From: an uncultured Candidatus Saccharibacteria bacterium
GTDB taxonomy: Bacteria; Patescibacteriota; Minisyncoccia; Phycocordibacterales; UBA1006
DNA: 52,838 nucleotides
Direction: 5' to 3'
Assembly: GCA_964592365.1 (NCBI GenBank)
Contig: CAZQDL010000002.1
Coordinates: 30,080 to 82,917, forward strand
How positions within the stretch are numbered: position 1 is the first letter of the stretch; each line of letters begins with the position of its first letter. A model generated the notes under the pieces. The model did not search any database. It saw nothing but the letters and a program-made list of their open reading frames with translations, and was not told the origin of the DNA. The position numbers and the translations under genes were made by a program. Positions 18,211 to 28,452 of this stretch are shown piece after piece.

Positions 18211-18687
18211 TTAACAAGTTGGATCATTTGTTGCGAATGAGTGACGAGTTGTAGTAGTAATTGCAGATCCTGAGCTATCAACACAAAACCATCCAGGACC
18301 ATTGAGTTTTACCGTTGCTAGCCATGCTGGTGTGGTAAAAACTGTTCCATTTGTTTGTGCTGGTTCAGGTGCTGAACTTGGGTCATAGTAACCACCATTG
18401 GTATCTCTACATGCATTATTTACGGTTCCACTATCTCCTGACTTATAAAAAGCTTCTCTAAATAGCTTTCCAGATTCTGAATCTGGATCACAGACTGTGT
18501 TGTAGCTTCTTGTGTATGCATATTGTGTTTCAGCTTGCACAAGCATTTGTGAAAGAGATGTTTTGATAGCTGAGTCAGCTGCATTTGTTTTGGCACCACC
18601 TAATGATGCTAATACTATCGTTGCAAGTATTCCAATAATGGCAACAACTACTAATAGTTCGATAAGGGTAAATCCTTTGGTTTTCAT
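18211..18687 (-). CDS. Type IV pilin-like protein (pilin 5)
   Basis: MKTKG|[24 protein letters not shown]; WFCVDSSG motif; terminal Cys. Confidence 0.92.
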   Translation of the reverse strand: MKTKGFTLIELLVVVAIIGILATIVLASLGGAKTNAADSAIKTSLSQMLVQAETQYAYTRSYNTVCDPDSESGKLFREAFYKSGDSGTVNNACRDTNGGYYDPSSAPEPAQTNGTVFTTPAWLATVKLNGPGWFCVDSSGSAITTTTRHSFATNDPTC

Positions 18688-18752
18688 ATATGCCAATTAT
18701 ATATGAACACACAGCATCTTGCTATTCCATATACCTTACGTATCATAAAGAT

Positions 18753-19394
18753 ATGACCTTTCATGTTATTACTATTTTTCCTCAACTCTTTGATTCATAT
18801 TTAAGTGATTCAATTCTTAAACGTGCTATTTCTGAAAAAAAAATAGTTGTTAAATTTTATAATCCAAGAGATTTTACTAAGAATAAACATAACAAGGTTG
18901 ATGATGTTCCATATGGTGGGGGACCAGGCATGATTATGCAAGTTGATCCAATAATAAGAGCATACAAGAAGGCAAGAGGTCGAAGCGAAAAGAAAAAGTT
19001 TAAAACAATCATCCTTTCACCAGGAGGTGAACTGTTTTCAACAAATTATGCAAAAAAATCTGCAAAAACTTACACTGATATTATCCTTATCTGTGGACGC
19101 TACGAGGGTATTGATTCACGGGTAAAGAAAATAACTAAAGCACAAGAGGTATCTATCGGTGATTATATTCTAACTGGAGGAGAACTTGCGTCTATGGTTA
19201 TCATTGACTGTATTGCAAGACAAATTCCAAGTGTACTAGGGAATAATCAGTCACTTGAAGAAGAAAGAATATCTTCTCATGAAATGTACACTCGACCAGC
19301 AATATATGAGCATGAAAAAAAGAAGTACAAGGTTCCAGATGTGTTAATGTCAGGTGATCATAAGAAAATTGATGAATGGCGAAGCCAACACTAG
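18753..19394 (+). CDS. trmD: tRNA (guanine37-N1)-methyltransferase
   Basis: VITIFPQ, VDDVPYGGGPGM, CGRYEGIDSR, SIGDYILTGGE and YTRP motifs. Confidence 0.97.
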   Translation: MTFHVITIFPQLFDSYLSDSILKRAISEKKIVVKFYNPRDFTKNKHNKVDDVPYGGGPGMIMQVDPIIRAYKKARGRSEKKKFKTIILSPGGELFSTNYAKKSAKTYTDIILICGRYEGIDSRVKKITKAQEVSIGDYILTGGELASMVIIDCIARQIPSVLGNNQSLEEERISSHEMYTRPAIYEHEKKKYKVPDVLMSGDHKKIDEWRSQH

Positions 19395-19452
19395 TTATTT
19401 ACTAATTAATTTTACGTGTTAAAATAATAATCGAAAACTTAAACTTTGTATT

Positions 19453-19554
19453 ATGAAAAAAAATTTAGCTATTGCTATGATTAAAAACATTACAATTTCA
19501 TCACGTTCTGGTGACTACAGAAAACTGTATTTCACAAGAAGAAAAACTTTTTAA
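19453..19554 (+). CDS. Putative 33-aa basic small protein (not in ORF track)
   Basis: MKKNLAIAMIKNITISSRSGDYRKLYFTRRKTF*, preceded by TTTACT..TGTTAAAAT and followed by a terminator. Confidence 0.4.
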   Translation: MKKNLAIAMIKNITISSRSGDYRKLYFTRRKTF

Positions 19555-19569
19555 TAACCTTAAAAACAT

Positions 19570-19595
19570 AAAAAGAGCCTGTTTCAGGCTTTTTT
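19570..19595 (+). terminator. Intrinsic terminator upstream of the rpoB promoter
   Basis: AAAAGAGCCTG-ttt-CAGGCTTTTTT. Confidence 0.75.
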
Positions 19596-19763
19596 CTTGA
19601 CCTACCTTAAAAAATGATTAATATCAGCTTTAACTAAAACGATTGAGTTACTGCTGGGTTTGGTTGCTGTTATTAGATTCCAACATGGTGAGTATGTCTG
19701 CTTACATAATCACTATTTAACTACATATATATTGCCAGGGTTTTTCTCTGGTTTTGTTACGTT

Positions 19764-22700
19764 ATGAAAACACGCGAAAAGAAGTACTTTTCAAAGTACA
19801 AGAAACCGCTGATTGAAATTCCTGACTTGGTTGAAAACCAAGTTGCTTCATATGAAGATTTCATCACCAAAGGACTGAAAGAAGCTATCTTAGAATTCTC
19901 CCCTATATCAGATTACTCAGAAAAAAAGTTTGACTTAGCATTTCTAGGTTTTGACATTCAAGAACCTGAATTTGATGAGTACTATGCTCGAGAGAATAAA
20001 GAAACATATCAAGGAAGATTAACTGCAAAAGTTAAACTCCACAACAAGTCACTTGATTCAAGTAAGGAAGAAGAAATTTTTATTTCTGAAATTCCTTACA
20101 TGACTCCTCACGGTACTTTTATCATTAACGGAATTGAACGAGTTATTGTTCCTCAGTTAGCAAGAAGCTATGGGGTATTTTTTACCGATGAAGAAACAGC
20201 AAAAGGAACCTTTTATGGTGCAAAAATCATTCCTGCTCGAGGAGCTTGGATTGAATTTGAATCAAGTAAGGATGGAGCTGTGTATGTTCGTATCGACAAG
20301 AAACGAAAATTCCCAGTAACTTCATTGTTAAGGATTTTTGGTTTGGAAACAAATCAAGAAATTACAGAATTTTTTGCAAAAGATGAAATCGTTGCAAAAC
20401 AAATTGCCCAGACACTAGCTCAAGACAAAACACAGAATAAGTTATCAGCATATGCTGATGTATATCGAAGGATTCGAGATGGGGAAGTTGCTTCACCTGA
20501 AGCACTAGAAGAGTACTTCACTGCTATTTTTGGTGAAACCCTTTATGACCTCTCAGAAGTTGGACGATATCACTTTAATAAAAGATTTGACCTTAAGCTT
20601 CCTAAGAAAGGAGGATCATACGATCAAACTCTTTCACTTGAAGATATCAAAATAATCGTAACTAAAATTGCACATCTAAATGCTGATCCATATGCACAAG
20701 CAGATGATATTGATCACTTAGGATCTCGACGCGTTCGTTTCGTTGGGGAGCTTTTGGAACAAAAAGTTCGACAGGCAATGTCACAAATGAAGCGAAATAT
20801 TAAGGATAGAATGTCTACTATTGATAGTGATAACGTAACAGCCGTTAACCTTATCAACCCACGACCATTTCAGGCTCGTGTAAAAGAATTTTTCGCAACC
20901 AACCAGCTATCACAATACATGGATCAAGAGAATGCTCTTTCTGAGATCTCTCACCTTCGAACCCTCTCTGCACTAGGAAAGGGAGGACTTACCCGTGAAC
21001 GAGCTGGTTTTGAGGTACGTGACGTACACCCATCTCACTATGGACGTGTTTGTCCTATCCACACCCCTGAAGGTCAAAACATCGGGTTGATTTTACGTAT
21101 GTCAGTGTATGCACGTATTAATCACTTCGGAATGATTGAAGCCCCATACGCAAAGGTAGTTAATGGAAAGGTAACGAACGAAATTGAATACCTAAATGCA
21201 ATGGATGAAGAAAAAGTTGTCATCGCTCACGCATCAAATGCATATGATGATAACGGTAATTTCAAAAATGAAATCGTAGAAGCACGTATCAAAACGAAAC
21301 CTGGAATCGTTAGCAAAAAAGATGTTAACTATATAGACGTAGCAACTAACGCAGCATTTTCAGTTGCAACTTCACTGATTCCTTTCTTGGAAGCAGATGA
21401 TGCAAACCGATCATTGATGGGATCAAACATGATGAAGCAAGCAGTACCATGTATTATCTCAGAAGCCCCTATCGTAGGAACAGGAATGGAAGAAAAAGCA
21501 GCACTTGATACTGGTCGTGTAATTATTTCACGTGGTTCAGGAACTGTTGTTGAAGCTGATGGAAAACACATTGTAGTAAAGGATGCAAAAGGGAATAAAG
21601 AGGAATATAAGTTAATTAACTTTATTCGAACAAACTCAAACTCATTCTTCCACCAACGATTAAACGTTACGGTAGGTGACAAAGTGAAAAAAGGAGATGT
21701 TCTTGCAGATACTTCAACTACAGATCGTGGTCAACTTGCTATTGGACAAAATGTTCTTGTAGCTTTTATGTGTTGGAATGGTCAAAACTATGAAGATGCG
21801 ATTATCCTTTCAGAGAAACTAGTTAAAAACTCAATCTTTACCTCAATCCGTATCGATGAATATGAATGTGTCGTTCGTGATACAAAACTAGGAGAAGAAC
21901 AAACAACTATTGATATTCCAAACGTTGGAGAAGCTCGTTTGAGAAATCTAGATGCAGATGGAATTGTTAGAGTTGGAGCACAGGTAGGTGAAAACGATAT
22001 TCTTGTTGGAAAAGTTTCACCAAAAGGAGAAACAGAATTAAGTCCTGAAGAAAAACTTCTACGATCAATTTTCGGAGAAAAATCAAGAGATGTAAAAGAT
22101 ACGTCACTACGATTAGGATATGGAAAGAAGGGACGAGTAATTGGAGTTAAAGTATTTTCACGAGAACAAGGACACAAACTTGAGTCAGGAGTATTAAAGA
22201 AAATATATATTGAAGTAGCTCAGTTACGTAACATCAAGGTTGGAGACAAGTTAGCAGGACGTCACGGAAACAAGGGAGTTATCTCTGTTATCCTTCCTGA
22301 AGAAGATATGCCATACATGGAAGATGGAACTCCAATTGATGTAATTCTTACACCACTTGGAATCCCTTCACGTATGAACTTAGGGCAAATTCTTGAAATG
22401 CACTTAGGACTTGCTGCAAATACCCTTGGGTACCAAGCAATCGTTCCTTCATTTGCAGGAGCAACAGCAGAAGAAATTGCAGAAGAACTTAAAAAAGCTG
22501 GATTCTCTGAAACAGGAAAAGTTTCATTGTATGACGGTCGTACAGGAGAAAAATTTGATCAGGATGTTGCAGTTGGATATATGTATATCTTGAAACTGCA
22601 CCACATGATTGATGACAAGATGCATGCTCGATCAATCGGACCATACTCACTAATTACCCAACAACCACTTGGAGGAAAGGCACAATCAGGAGGGCAACGA

Positions 22701-23015
22701 TTTGGAGAGATGGAGGTATGGGCGCTTGAAGGATATGGAGCAGCTCACACCTTACGTGAGATGCTAACTATCAAGTCAGACGATGTTACTGGTCGTTCAT
22801 CAGCTTTTGATGCAATCATCAAGGGAAGAAATATTGAACAAACCAATACACCTGCCTCATTTAACGTACTTGTTAATTATCTACGAGGACTTTCTCTTGA
22901 TGTTGCACTAGGTTCTCGATCATTTACTGATGTAAGTGTAGAAGAGGATGAAGAGCCAAAAGAGAAAAGAGAAATTGAAATGGTATTAGAAGAAGAGACT
23001 AACGAAGAAGCATAA
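19764..23015 (+). CDS. rpoB: RNA polymerase beta subunit
   Basis: GTFIINGIERVIV, RDVHPSHYGRVCP, GDKLAGRHGNKG and GGQRFGEMEVWALE motifs. Confidence 0.99.
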   Translation: MKTREKKYFSKYKKPLIEIPDLVENQVASYEDFITKGLKEAILEFSPISDYSEKKFDLAFLGFDIQEPEFDEYYARENKETYQGRLTAKVKLHNKSLDSSKEEEIFISEIPYMTPHGTFIINGIERVIVPQLARSYGVFFTDEETAKGTFYGAKIIPARGAWIEFESSKDGAVYVRIDKKRKFPVTSLLRIFGLETNQEITEFFAKDEIVAKQIAQTLAQDKTQNKLSAYADVYRRIRDGEVASPEALEEYFTAIFGETLYDLSEVGRYHFNKRFDLKLPKKGGSYDQTLSLEDIKIIVTKIAHLNADPYAQADDIDHLGSRRVRFVGELLEQKVRQAMSQMKRNIKDRMSTIDSDNVTAVNLINPRPFQARVKEFFATNQLSQYMDQENALSEISHLRTLSALGKGGLTRERAGFEVRDVHPSHYGRVCPIHTPEGQNIGLILRMSVYARINHFGMIEAPYAKVVNGKVTNEIEYLNAMDEEKVVIAHASNAYDDNGNFKNEIVEARIKTKPGIVSKKDVNYIDVATNAAFSVATSLIPFLEADDANRSLMGSNMMKQAVPCIISEAPIVGTGMEEKAALDTGRVIISRGSGTVVEADGKHIVVKDAKGNKEEYKLINFIRTNSNSFFHQRLNVTVGDKVKKGDVLADTSTTDRGQLAIGQNVLVAFMCWNGQNYEDAIILSEKLVKNSIFTSIRIDEYECVVRDTKLGEEQTTIDIPNVGEARLRNLDADGIVRVGAQVGENDILVGKVSPKGETELSPEEKLLRSIFGEKSRDVKDTSLRLGYGKKGRVIGVKVFSREQGHKLESGVLKKIYIEVAQLRNIKVGDKLAGRHGNKGVISVILPEEDMPYMEDGTPIDVILTPLGIPSRMNLGQILEMHLGLAANTLGYQAIVPSFAGATAEEIAEELKKAGFSETGKVSLYDGRTGEKFDQDVAVGYMYILKLHHMIDDKMHARSIGPYSLITQQPLGGKAQSGGQRFGEMEVWALEGYGAAHTLREMLTIKSDDVTGRSSAFDAIIKGRNIEQTNTPASFNVLVNYLRGLSLDVALGSRSFTDVSVEEDEEPKEKREIEMVLEEETNEEA

Positions 23016-23019
23016 TCAT

Positions 23020-26000
23020 ATGAGTATAAAAGATATTGAAAACCTAGAGCGAGATATCAATCACGGAGAGATTGCTTCTATTCGTTTAGCAGCACCTGAT
23101 ACCGTTCGATCATGGTCACATGGTGAGGTAATTAAGCCAGAAACTATTAACTACCGAACTGGTCGTTCAGAACGTAATGGATTATTCGATGAGCGTATTT
23201 TTGGTCCAGAAAAAGATTACGAATGTTACTGTGGAAAGTATAAAGGAATTCGATACCGTGACATTGTTTGTGAGAAATGTGGTGTTGAAGTAACACGTTC
23301 AGTTGTACGAAGAAGTCGTATGGGACACATTGAACTTGCTTCTCCTGTCGCACATATTTGGTTCCTTCGTGGAATTCCATCTCGAATGGGATTACTATTA
23401 GATATTCCAGTATCACAACTAGAGAAAGTAGTATACTTTGCAAATTACATTATCATAAATGTTGATGATAAGGCAAAAGAAAACATTCTTCGTGATTTGC
23501 ACAAAGAGTATAAGGCAAAGCTTAAGACTTTAGAAAAAGATGAGGACAAGGAACGATTAAAAGAACTATTCTCGCAAACGCAAAGAGATATTGAAGGTAT
23601 TGAAAAATATCGAGTTATCACCGAGCAAGAATTTAACATTTATTCATTGAAATTTGGAGCAATGTTCGAAGCAAGTATTGGAGCAGAAGCAATCTACCAG
23701 ATTTTCAAAGAACTTGACCTTACCGTAATTGAAACAGAGCTAACAAAAGAAATCGAAAAAACGAAATCATTAGCTAAACGAACAAAGTTAGAAAAGAGAG
23801 TTTCACTTATCCGATCTTTGGCTCGAGAAAATCTTCGACCTGAGTGGATGTTCCTACAAGTTATTCCAGTTATTCCTCCAGCACTACGACCTATGGTTGC
23901 ACTTGAAGGAGGGCGATTTGCAACTTCTGATATCAATGACCTATACCGAAGAGTAATCAACAGAAACAATCGACTTAAAAAGTTGATGTATATTGGAGCA
24001 CCTGAAGTAATTTTGAGAAATGAAAAACGAATTCTTCAAGAAGCAGTTGATTCAATGATTGATAACACAATCAGAAAGCATTCAGGAACTGTTGCTATGT
24101 CACAATCACAGCGACGTCCTTTGAAATCACTATCTGATAACTTGAAAGGAAAACAAGGGTTATTCCGGCAAAATCTTCTTGGAAAACGAGTAGATTATTC
24201 TGGACGTTCAGTAATCGTAGTTGGTCCAAAACTTGCACTTGATCAATGTGGACTTCCAAAAAATATGGCACTTGAACTATTCCGACCTTTTGTTATTTCA
24301 AAAATAATCGAAAGGGAACTTGCTTTCAACGTTAGAGGAGGAGGAAAACTGTTAGAAGAACCAACTGATGAAATTTGGTCAATTCTAGAAGAAGTTATTG
24401 ATGGAAAATATGTTCTTCTTAACCGTGCTCCAACTCTTCACCGACTATCAATTCAGGCATTTAAACCTATCTTGATTGAAGGAAAGGCTATTCAACTACA
24501 CCCATTGGTATGTAGCGCTTTCAACGCTGACTTCGACGGAGACCAAATGGCTGTACACGTACCTCTTTCAGATGAGGCACAGTTAGAAGCAAAAGAATTA
24601 ATTGCATCAAACAAAAACCTTCTAAAACCTTCATCAGGAACACCAATTGTTTCACCTTCACAGGATATGGTCCTTGGAGTATTTTGGATGACCAAGGCAA
24701 TTGAAGGAGCAAAAGGAGAAGGAAAGATTTTCTCATCTCCTAATGAGGCAATTACCGCATACGATTTCGGAAAGGTAGATTTTAGAGCAAAAATTAGAGT
24801 ACTTGGAACTGAATCAGTACGATACAGTGAATTTGAAGGAAAACCTTTTGAAACAACCGTTGGAAGACTTTTGTTTAACAGTATTCTTCCTAAAGATTAT
24901 GGGTATTTAAACCATGAGATTAAGAAAAAAGATCTTTCTCGAATTATCTTCGATTTAATCAATCAATACGGTATTGATGCTACTCCTGCTGTATTGGATA
25001 AGATTAAGGATTTCGGATTTAAGTATGTGACTTACTCAGGTTCAACTTTTGGATTTTCAGATGCGATTGTTCCTCCAAAGAAGAACGATATTATCGATGA
25101 AGGAAAGAAACGTTCACTGTTAATTCAGGAGCAATTTGAAGATGGACTTATCTCAGAAGAAGAACGATATCGAAAAACTATTGAACTTTGGGAGGGTGTT
25201 AAGGTTGATGTTCAACAAGTTATTACTGACAACATCGGATCATCAGAATCAATTTATGACATGGTGGTATCAGGAGCTCGAGGATCAGCTTCAAACATGC
25301 TACAGATGGCTGGTATGAAGGGGGTTATCGTAAACGCTGTTGGAAAGGCAATTGACTTCCCAATTCTTCATTCATATAAAGAAGGACTTACTCCTATTGA
25401 ATACTTTATTACCACTCACGGATCTCGTAAGGGACTTACTGACACGGCACTTAAAACTGCATCAGCAGGATATCTAACACGACGACTTCATGACGTAGCT
25501 CAAGATGTTGTAGTTACTTCAGCTGATTGTGGAACTAAAAGGTCTTTGTTGGCAACAGAACAGAATTTTGACGGAGTAGTAAAACCACTTCAAGATACTA
25601 TCGCAGGACGAGTTGTAGCTGATACCGTTAAAGATGCTAAAGGAAATACTTTGTACAAGAGAAACGACCTTCTTTCAAGAGAGGATGCACAAAATATTGT
25701 AGATGCAGGAGTTACTGAAGTTCAAATCCGAAGTTTACTGACGTGTGAAAATATTCACGGAGTATGTCAAAAATGTTACGGACTTGATCTAGGAAGAAAT
25801 GCAATGGTAAAGGTTGGAGAAGCTGTTGGAACTATTGCTTCACAATCAATTGGAGAGCCAGGAACACAGCTAACGCTTAGAACCTTCCACGCGGGAGGGG
25901 TTACTGGTCTTGATATTACAACTGGACTTCCACGTATTGAAGAAATTTTTGAAAAACGATCAAACCTTAAATCACCAGCAATCATTGCTGAAGTTGACGG

Positions 26001-26721
26001 TATGATTTCAGATGTAAAGAAGGTTGATGGTACTACTATCATTGAACTACTTGCAGAAAAAGAAGTTAAATTGAAACATGCTGATGGAAAAACAATCAAG
26101 TATGAAATTGATGTAAGAAGAACTCCAATAGTAAAGAAAGGGGATATGGTAGAAAAAGGACAACTCCTTACTGATGGTTCAGCTAACATGATTGAACTCT
26201 TTGATATTGCAGGAACTGAACGAGCACAACAGTACATTGTTTCAGAAGTAGCAAAGGTGTACGAGCTAAACTCAGCTCCAGTAAATCAAAAGCATATTGA
26301 AATTATCACTCGTTTGATGTTCTCAAGAAGACGAATTACCACACCAGGTGATACCCGATTCTCAACTGGAGAAATTGTAGAAAATTACGTACTTCAAAAA
26401 GAAAATGAAGCGGTAAAGGCTATGGGTCTTCTTGAAGCAAAAGGAGCTGTGGTAATCCGTGGAATTTCAGAAGTTGCTCTTTCTACTAAATCTTGGCTTT
26501 CATCTGCTTCATTCCAACATACAACACGTATCTTGGTAAACGCTGCTTCAGCTGGAGAACAAGATGAACTAAGAGGACTTAAGGAAAATGTTATTGTTGG
26601 AAACCTAATCCCAGCAGGAACAGGATTTAGATCAGACTTTATCGACTTTAGTCAAATTAAGAAAAGAAACTTAAACGATACTGATCTTGAGGCACTTGAA
26701 CGAGAACTTTCAGAAGAATAA
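23020..26721 (+). CDS. rpoC: RNA polymerase beta' subunit
   Basis: Zn finger CYCGKYK..CEKC, GKRVDYSGRSVI, catalytic FNADFDGDQMAVH, and GEPGTQLTLRTFH. Confidence 0.99.
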   Translation: MSIKDIENLERDINHGEIASIRLAAPDTVRSWSHGEVIKPETINYRTGRSERNGLFDERIFGPEKDYECYCGKYKGIRYRDIVCEKCGVEVTRSVVRRSRMGHIELASPVAHIWFLRGIPSRMGLLLDIPVSQLEKVVYFANYIIINVDDKAKENILRDLHKEYKAKLKTLEKDEDKERLKELFSQTQRDIEGIEKYRVITEQEFNIYSLKFGAMFEASIGAEAIYQIFKELDLTVIETELTKEIEKTKSLAKRTKLEKRVSLIRSLARENLRPEWMFLQVIPVIPPALRPMVALEGGRFATSDINDLYRRVINRNNRLKKLMYIGAPEVILRNEKRILQEAVDSMIDNTIRKHSGTVAMSQSQRRPLKSLSDNLKGKQGLFRQNLLGKRVDYSGRSVIVVGPKLALDQCGLPKNMALELFRPFVISKIIERELAFNVRGGGKLLEEPTDEIWSILEEVIDGKYVLLNRAPTLHRLSIQAFKPILIEGKAIQLHPLVCSAFNADFDGDQMAVHVPLSDEAQLEAKELIASNKNLLKPSSGTPIVSPSQDMVLGVFWMTKAIEGAKGEGKIFSSPNEAITAYDFGKVDFRAKIRVLGTESVRYSEFEGKPFETTVGRLLFNSILPKDYGYLNHEIKKKDLSRIIFDLINQYGIDATPAVLDKIKDFGFKYVTYSGSTFGFSDAIVPPKKNDIIDEGKKRSLLIQEQFEDGLISEEERYRKTIELWEGVKVDVQQVITDNIGSSESIYDMVVSGARGSASNMLQMAGMKGVIVNAVGKAIDFPILHSYKEGLTPIEYFITTHGSRKGLTDTALKTASAGYLTRRLHDVAQDVVVTSADCGTKRSLLATEQNFDGVVKPLQDTIAGRVVADTVKDAKGNTLYKRNDLLSREDAQNIVDAGVTEVQIRSLLTCENIHGVCQKCYGLDLGRNAMVKVGEAVGTIASQSIGEPGTQLTLRTFHAGGVTGLDITTGLPRIEEIFEKRSNLKSPAIIAEVDGMISDVKKVDGTTIIELLAEKEVKLKHADGKTIKYEIDVRRTPIVKKGDMVEKGQLLTDGSANMIELFDIAGTERAQQYIVSEVAKVYELNSAPVNQKHIEIITRLMFSRRRITTPGDTRFSTGEIVENYVLQKENEAVKAMGLLEAKGAVVIRGISEVALSTKSWLSSASFQHTTRILVNAASAGEQDELRGLKENVIVGNLIPAGTGFRSDFIDFSQIKKRNLNDTDLEALERELSEE

Positions 26722-26727
26722 ATATAT

Positions 26728-28452
26728 ATGACGACTAACCACACTGATTTAATAAAAGAAAAATTAAGCATCTTGGATGTGGTTGGTTCGTACGTCAGCT
26801 TAGAAAAGGCAGGGAAAACTTGGAAAGGGAAATCACCTTTTACCAATGAAAAAACCCCGTCTTTTTTTGTATCACCAGACAAGGGATTCTTCTATTGTTT
26901 TTCATCAGGAAAAGGGGGAGACATGTTCACCTTTATACAAGAAATTGAACGTGTGGATTTCAGATCAGCACTTTCTCTTCTTGCAGAAAAAGCAGGTGTT
27001 TCACTTGAGCAACAAGGTGATACTGACAAAACAAAACGTCTGTTTTCACTTATCGATGATGCTGCTAAATACTATGAAGTACATCTTCGTAAGGACACCA
27101 AGGTAGTTGAGTACTTATTGAATCGCGGTTTAACGAAACAAACTATCATTGATTTCAGAATTGGTTTTGCACTTGATTCATGGTCAGATATGTATGATTT
27201 CCTTAAGAGAAAAAAATACTCTGATGAGGAAATTGAAGATGCAGGACTAACTATCAAAAAAGAAAAAGGTGGATACTATGACAGGTTTCGATCTCGTATT
27301 ATGTTTCCACTCTTTGATGCACAATCACGTATTGTTGGTTTTTCAGGAAGGATTTTCACCGAGAATCCTGATGAAAAAGGAGCAAAATATGTAAATAGTC
27401 CTCAAACAGTACTGTATGACAAATCAAAGATATTATATGGATATCATCGTGCCAAAGGTGACATATCAAAAGAAGACTTTTGTATCATCACTGAAGGTCA
27501 GTTTGATGTCATTATGGCTCAGCAGATAGGTTCAGTGAATACTGTTGCTGTTTCAGGAACAGGATTAACTGATGATCATATCTCACTTGTCAAACGCTTT
27601 ACCAACAATCTCTATCTTGCTTTTGATTCTGACAGTGCAGGGATAAAGGCAACAAAAAGAAGTGTTTTGAAAGCATATGAACATGGAATGAAGGTGAAGG
27701 TAATTGCCTTACCTGAGGGAAAAGATCCAGCAGATATTATCAAAGCAACACCTCCTTTGTGGCATGTATTAATTAAAGATGCTAAAGACTATATCGATTT
27801 TCGTCTTGATGTATATGTAACATCAAATCCAAATAGTGATTTCGATCACAAATATGCTTTTGTCACCACTGAAATTTTTGAATTCGTATTTCTTCTTGAA
27901 AGTCAGGTTGTTCAAGATATGATCTTACAAAAGCTAGCTTTGTTTGTAGGGGTTCAAGCAGAAGCCATGAGGAAAGATTTCTCTTCATTTACACCTCAAG
28001 AAACATTAGTGTTTCAAGAGATAAAGACACCTGAAACTTTTGAAAAAAAAGACAATTTGGATATAGAGGATATGATCGGAAGCTATCAATTACTCCTAAA
28101 CTCATATGCAACTGAATTTGTTGAAGACAAATCAAATATTGATGAGATGATATTGCTTGGTTATGAAAGAAACATCAATGACATCATTAATGAATTCGAT
28201 ACTACTAAACTTGAGATGCTAAGTTTCAAAATGGAAACTCAGTATGCTCATGAAAAATATGATCGGGTATATGATCACTTGTATCAAACACTAAAGAAGC
28301 AATGTATTAAAATATTGAATAAAGAATCAGAAGAAATAAGTAGGCACATACGTTCCAAAGAACAAGAGAAAGATCAAGAAGCTCTATTTATGTTAATAAA
28401 GAAAAGCCAAGAGATTAGAAGAAAAATTGACCACCTAATTAGTAATGAATAA
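26728..28452 (+). CDS. dnaG: DNA primase
   Basis: SPFTNEKTPSF..YCFSSGKGGD (degenerate CHC2 domain), YDRFRSRIMFP, KYVNSP, TEGQFDV, FDSDSAG and KDPAD motifs. Confidence 0.96.
   Translation: MTTNHTDLIKEKLSILDVVGSYVSLEKAGKTWKGKSPFTNEKTPSFFVSPDKGFFYCFSSGKGGDMFTFIQEIERVDFRSALSLLAEKAGVSLEQQGDTDKTKRLFSLIDDAAKYYEVHLRKDTKVVEYLLNRGLTKQTIIDFRIGFALDSWSDMYDFLKRKKYSDEEIEDAGLTIKKEKGGYYDRFRSRIMFPLFDAQSRIVGFSGRIFTENPDEKGAKYVNSPQTVLYDKSKILYGYHRAKGDISKEDFCIITEGQFDVIMAQQIGSVNTVAVSGTGLTDDHISLVKRFTNNLYLAFDSDSAGIKATKRSVLKAYEHGMKVKVIALPEGKDPADIIKATPPLWHVLIKDAKDYIDFRLDVYVTSNPNSDFDHKYAFVTTEIFEFVFLLESQVVQDMILQKLALFVGVQAEAMRKDFSSFTPQETLVFQEIKTPETFEKKDNLDIEDMIGSYQLLLNSYATEFVEDKSNIDEMILLGYERNINDIINEFDTTKLEMLSFKMETQYAHEKYDRVYDHLYQTLKKQCIKILNKESEEISRHIRSKEQEKDQEALFMLIKKSQEIRRKIDHLISNE

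Noticed and set aside
58-18687. Diversity-generating retroelement or integron acting on the pilins
   Set aside because: No reverse transcriptase or integrase gene, no template/variable repeat pair with adenine-specific mismatches, and no convincing attC (RYYYAAC..GTTRRRY) structure around the genes.
21329-26237. Antisense and alternate-frame ORFs inside rpoB/rpoC (and similar ones inside hisS, rpsB, proS, tgt, uvrA, mnmA and the pilins)
   Set aside because: They are fully nested in well-supported genes, have no recognisable motifs, and are expected shadows of codon bias.
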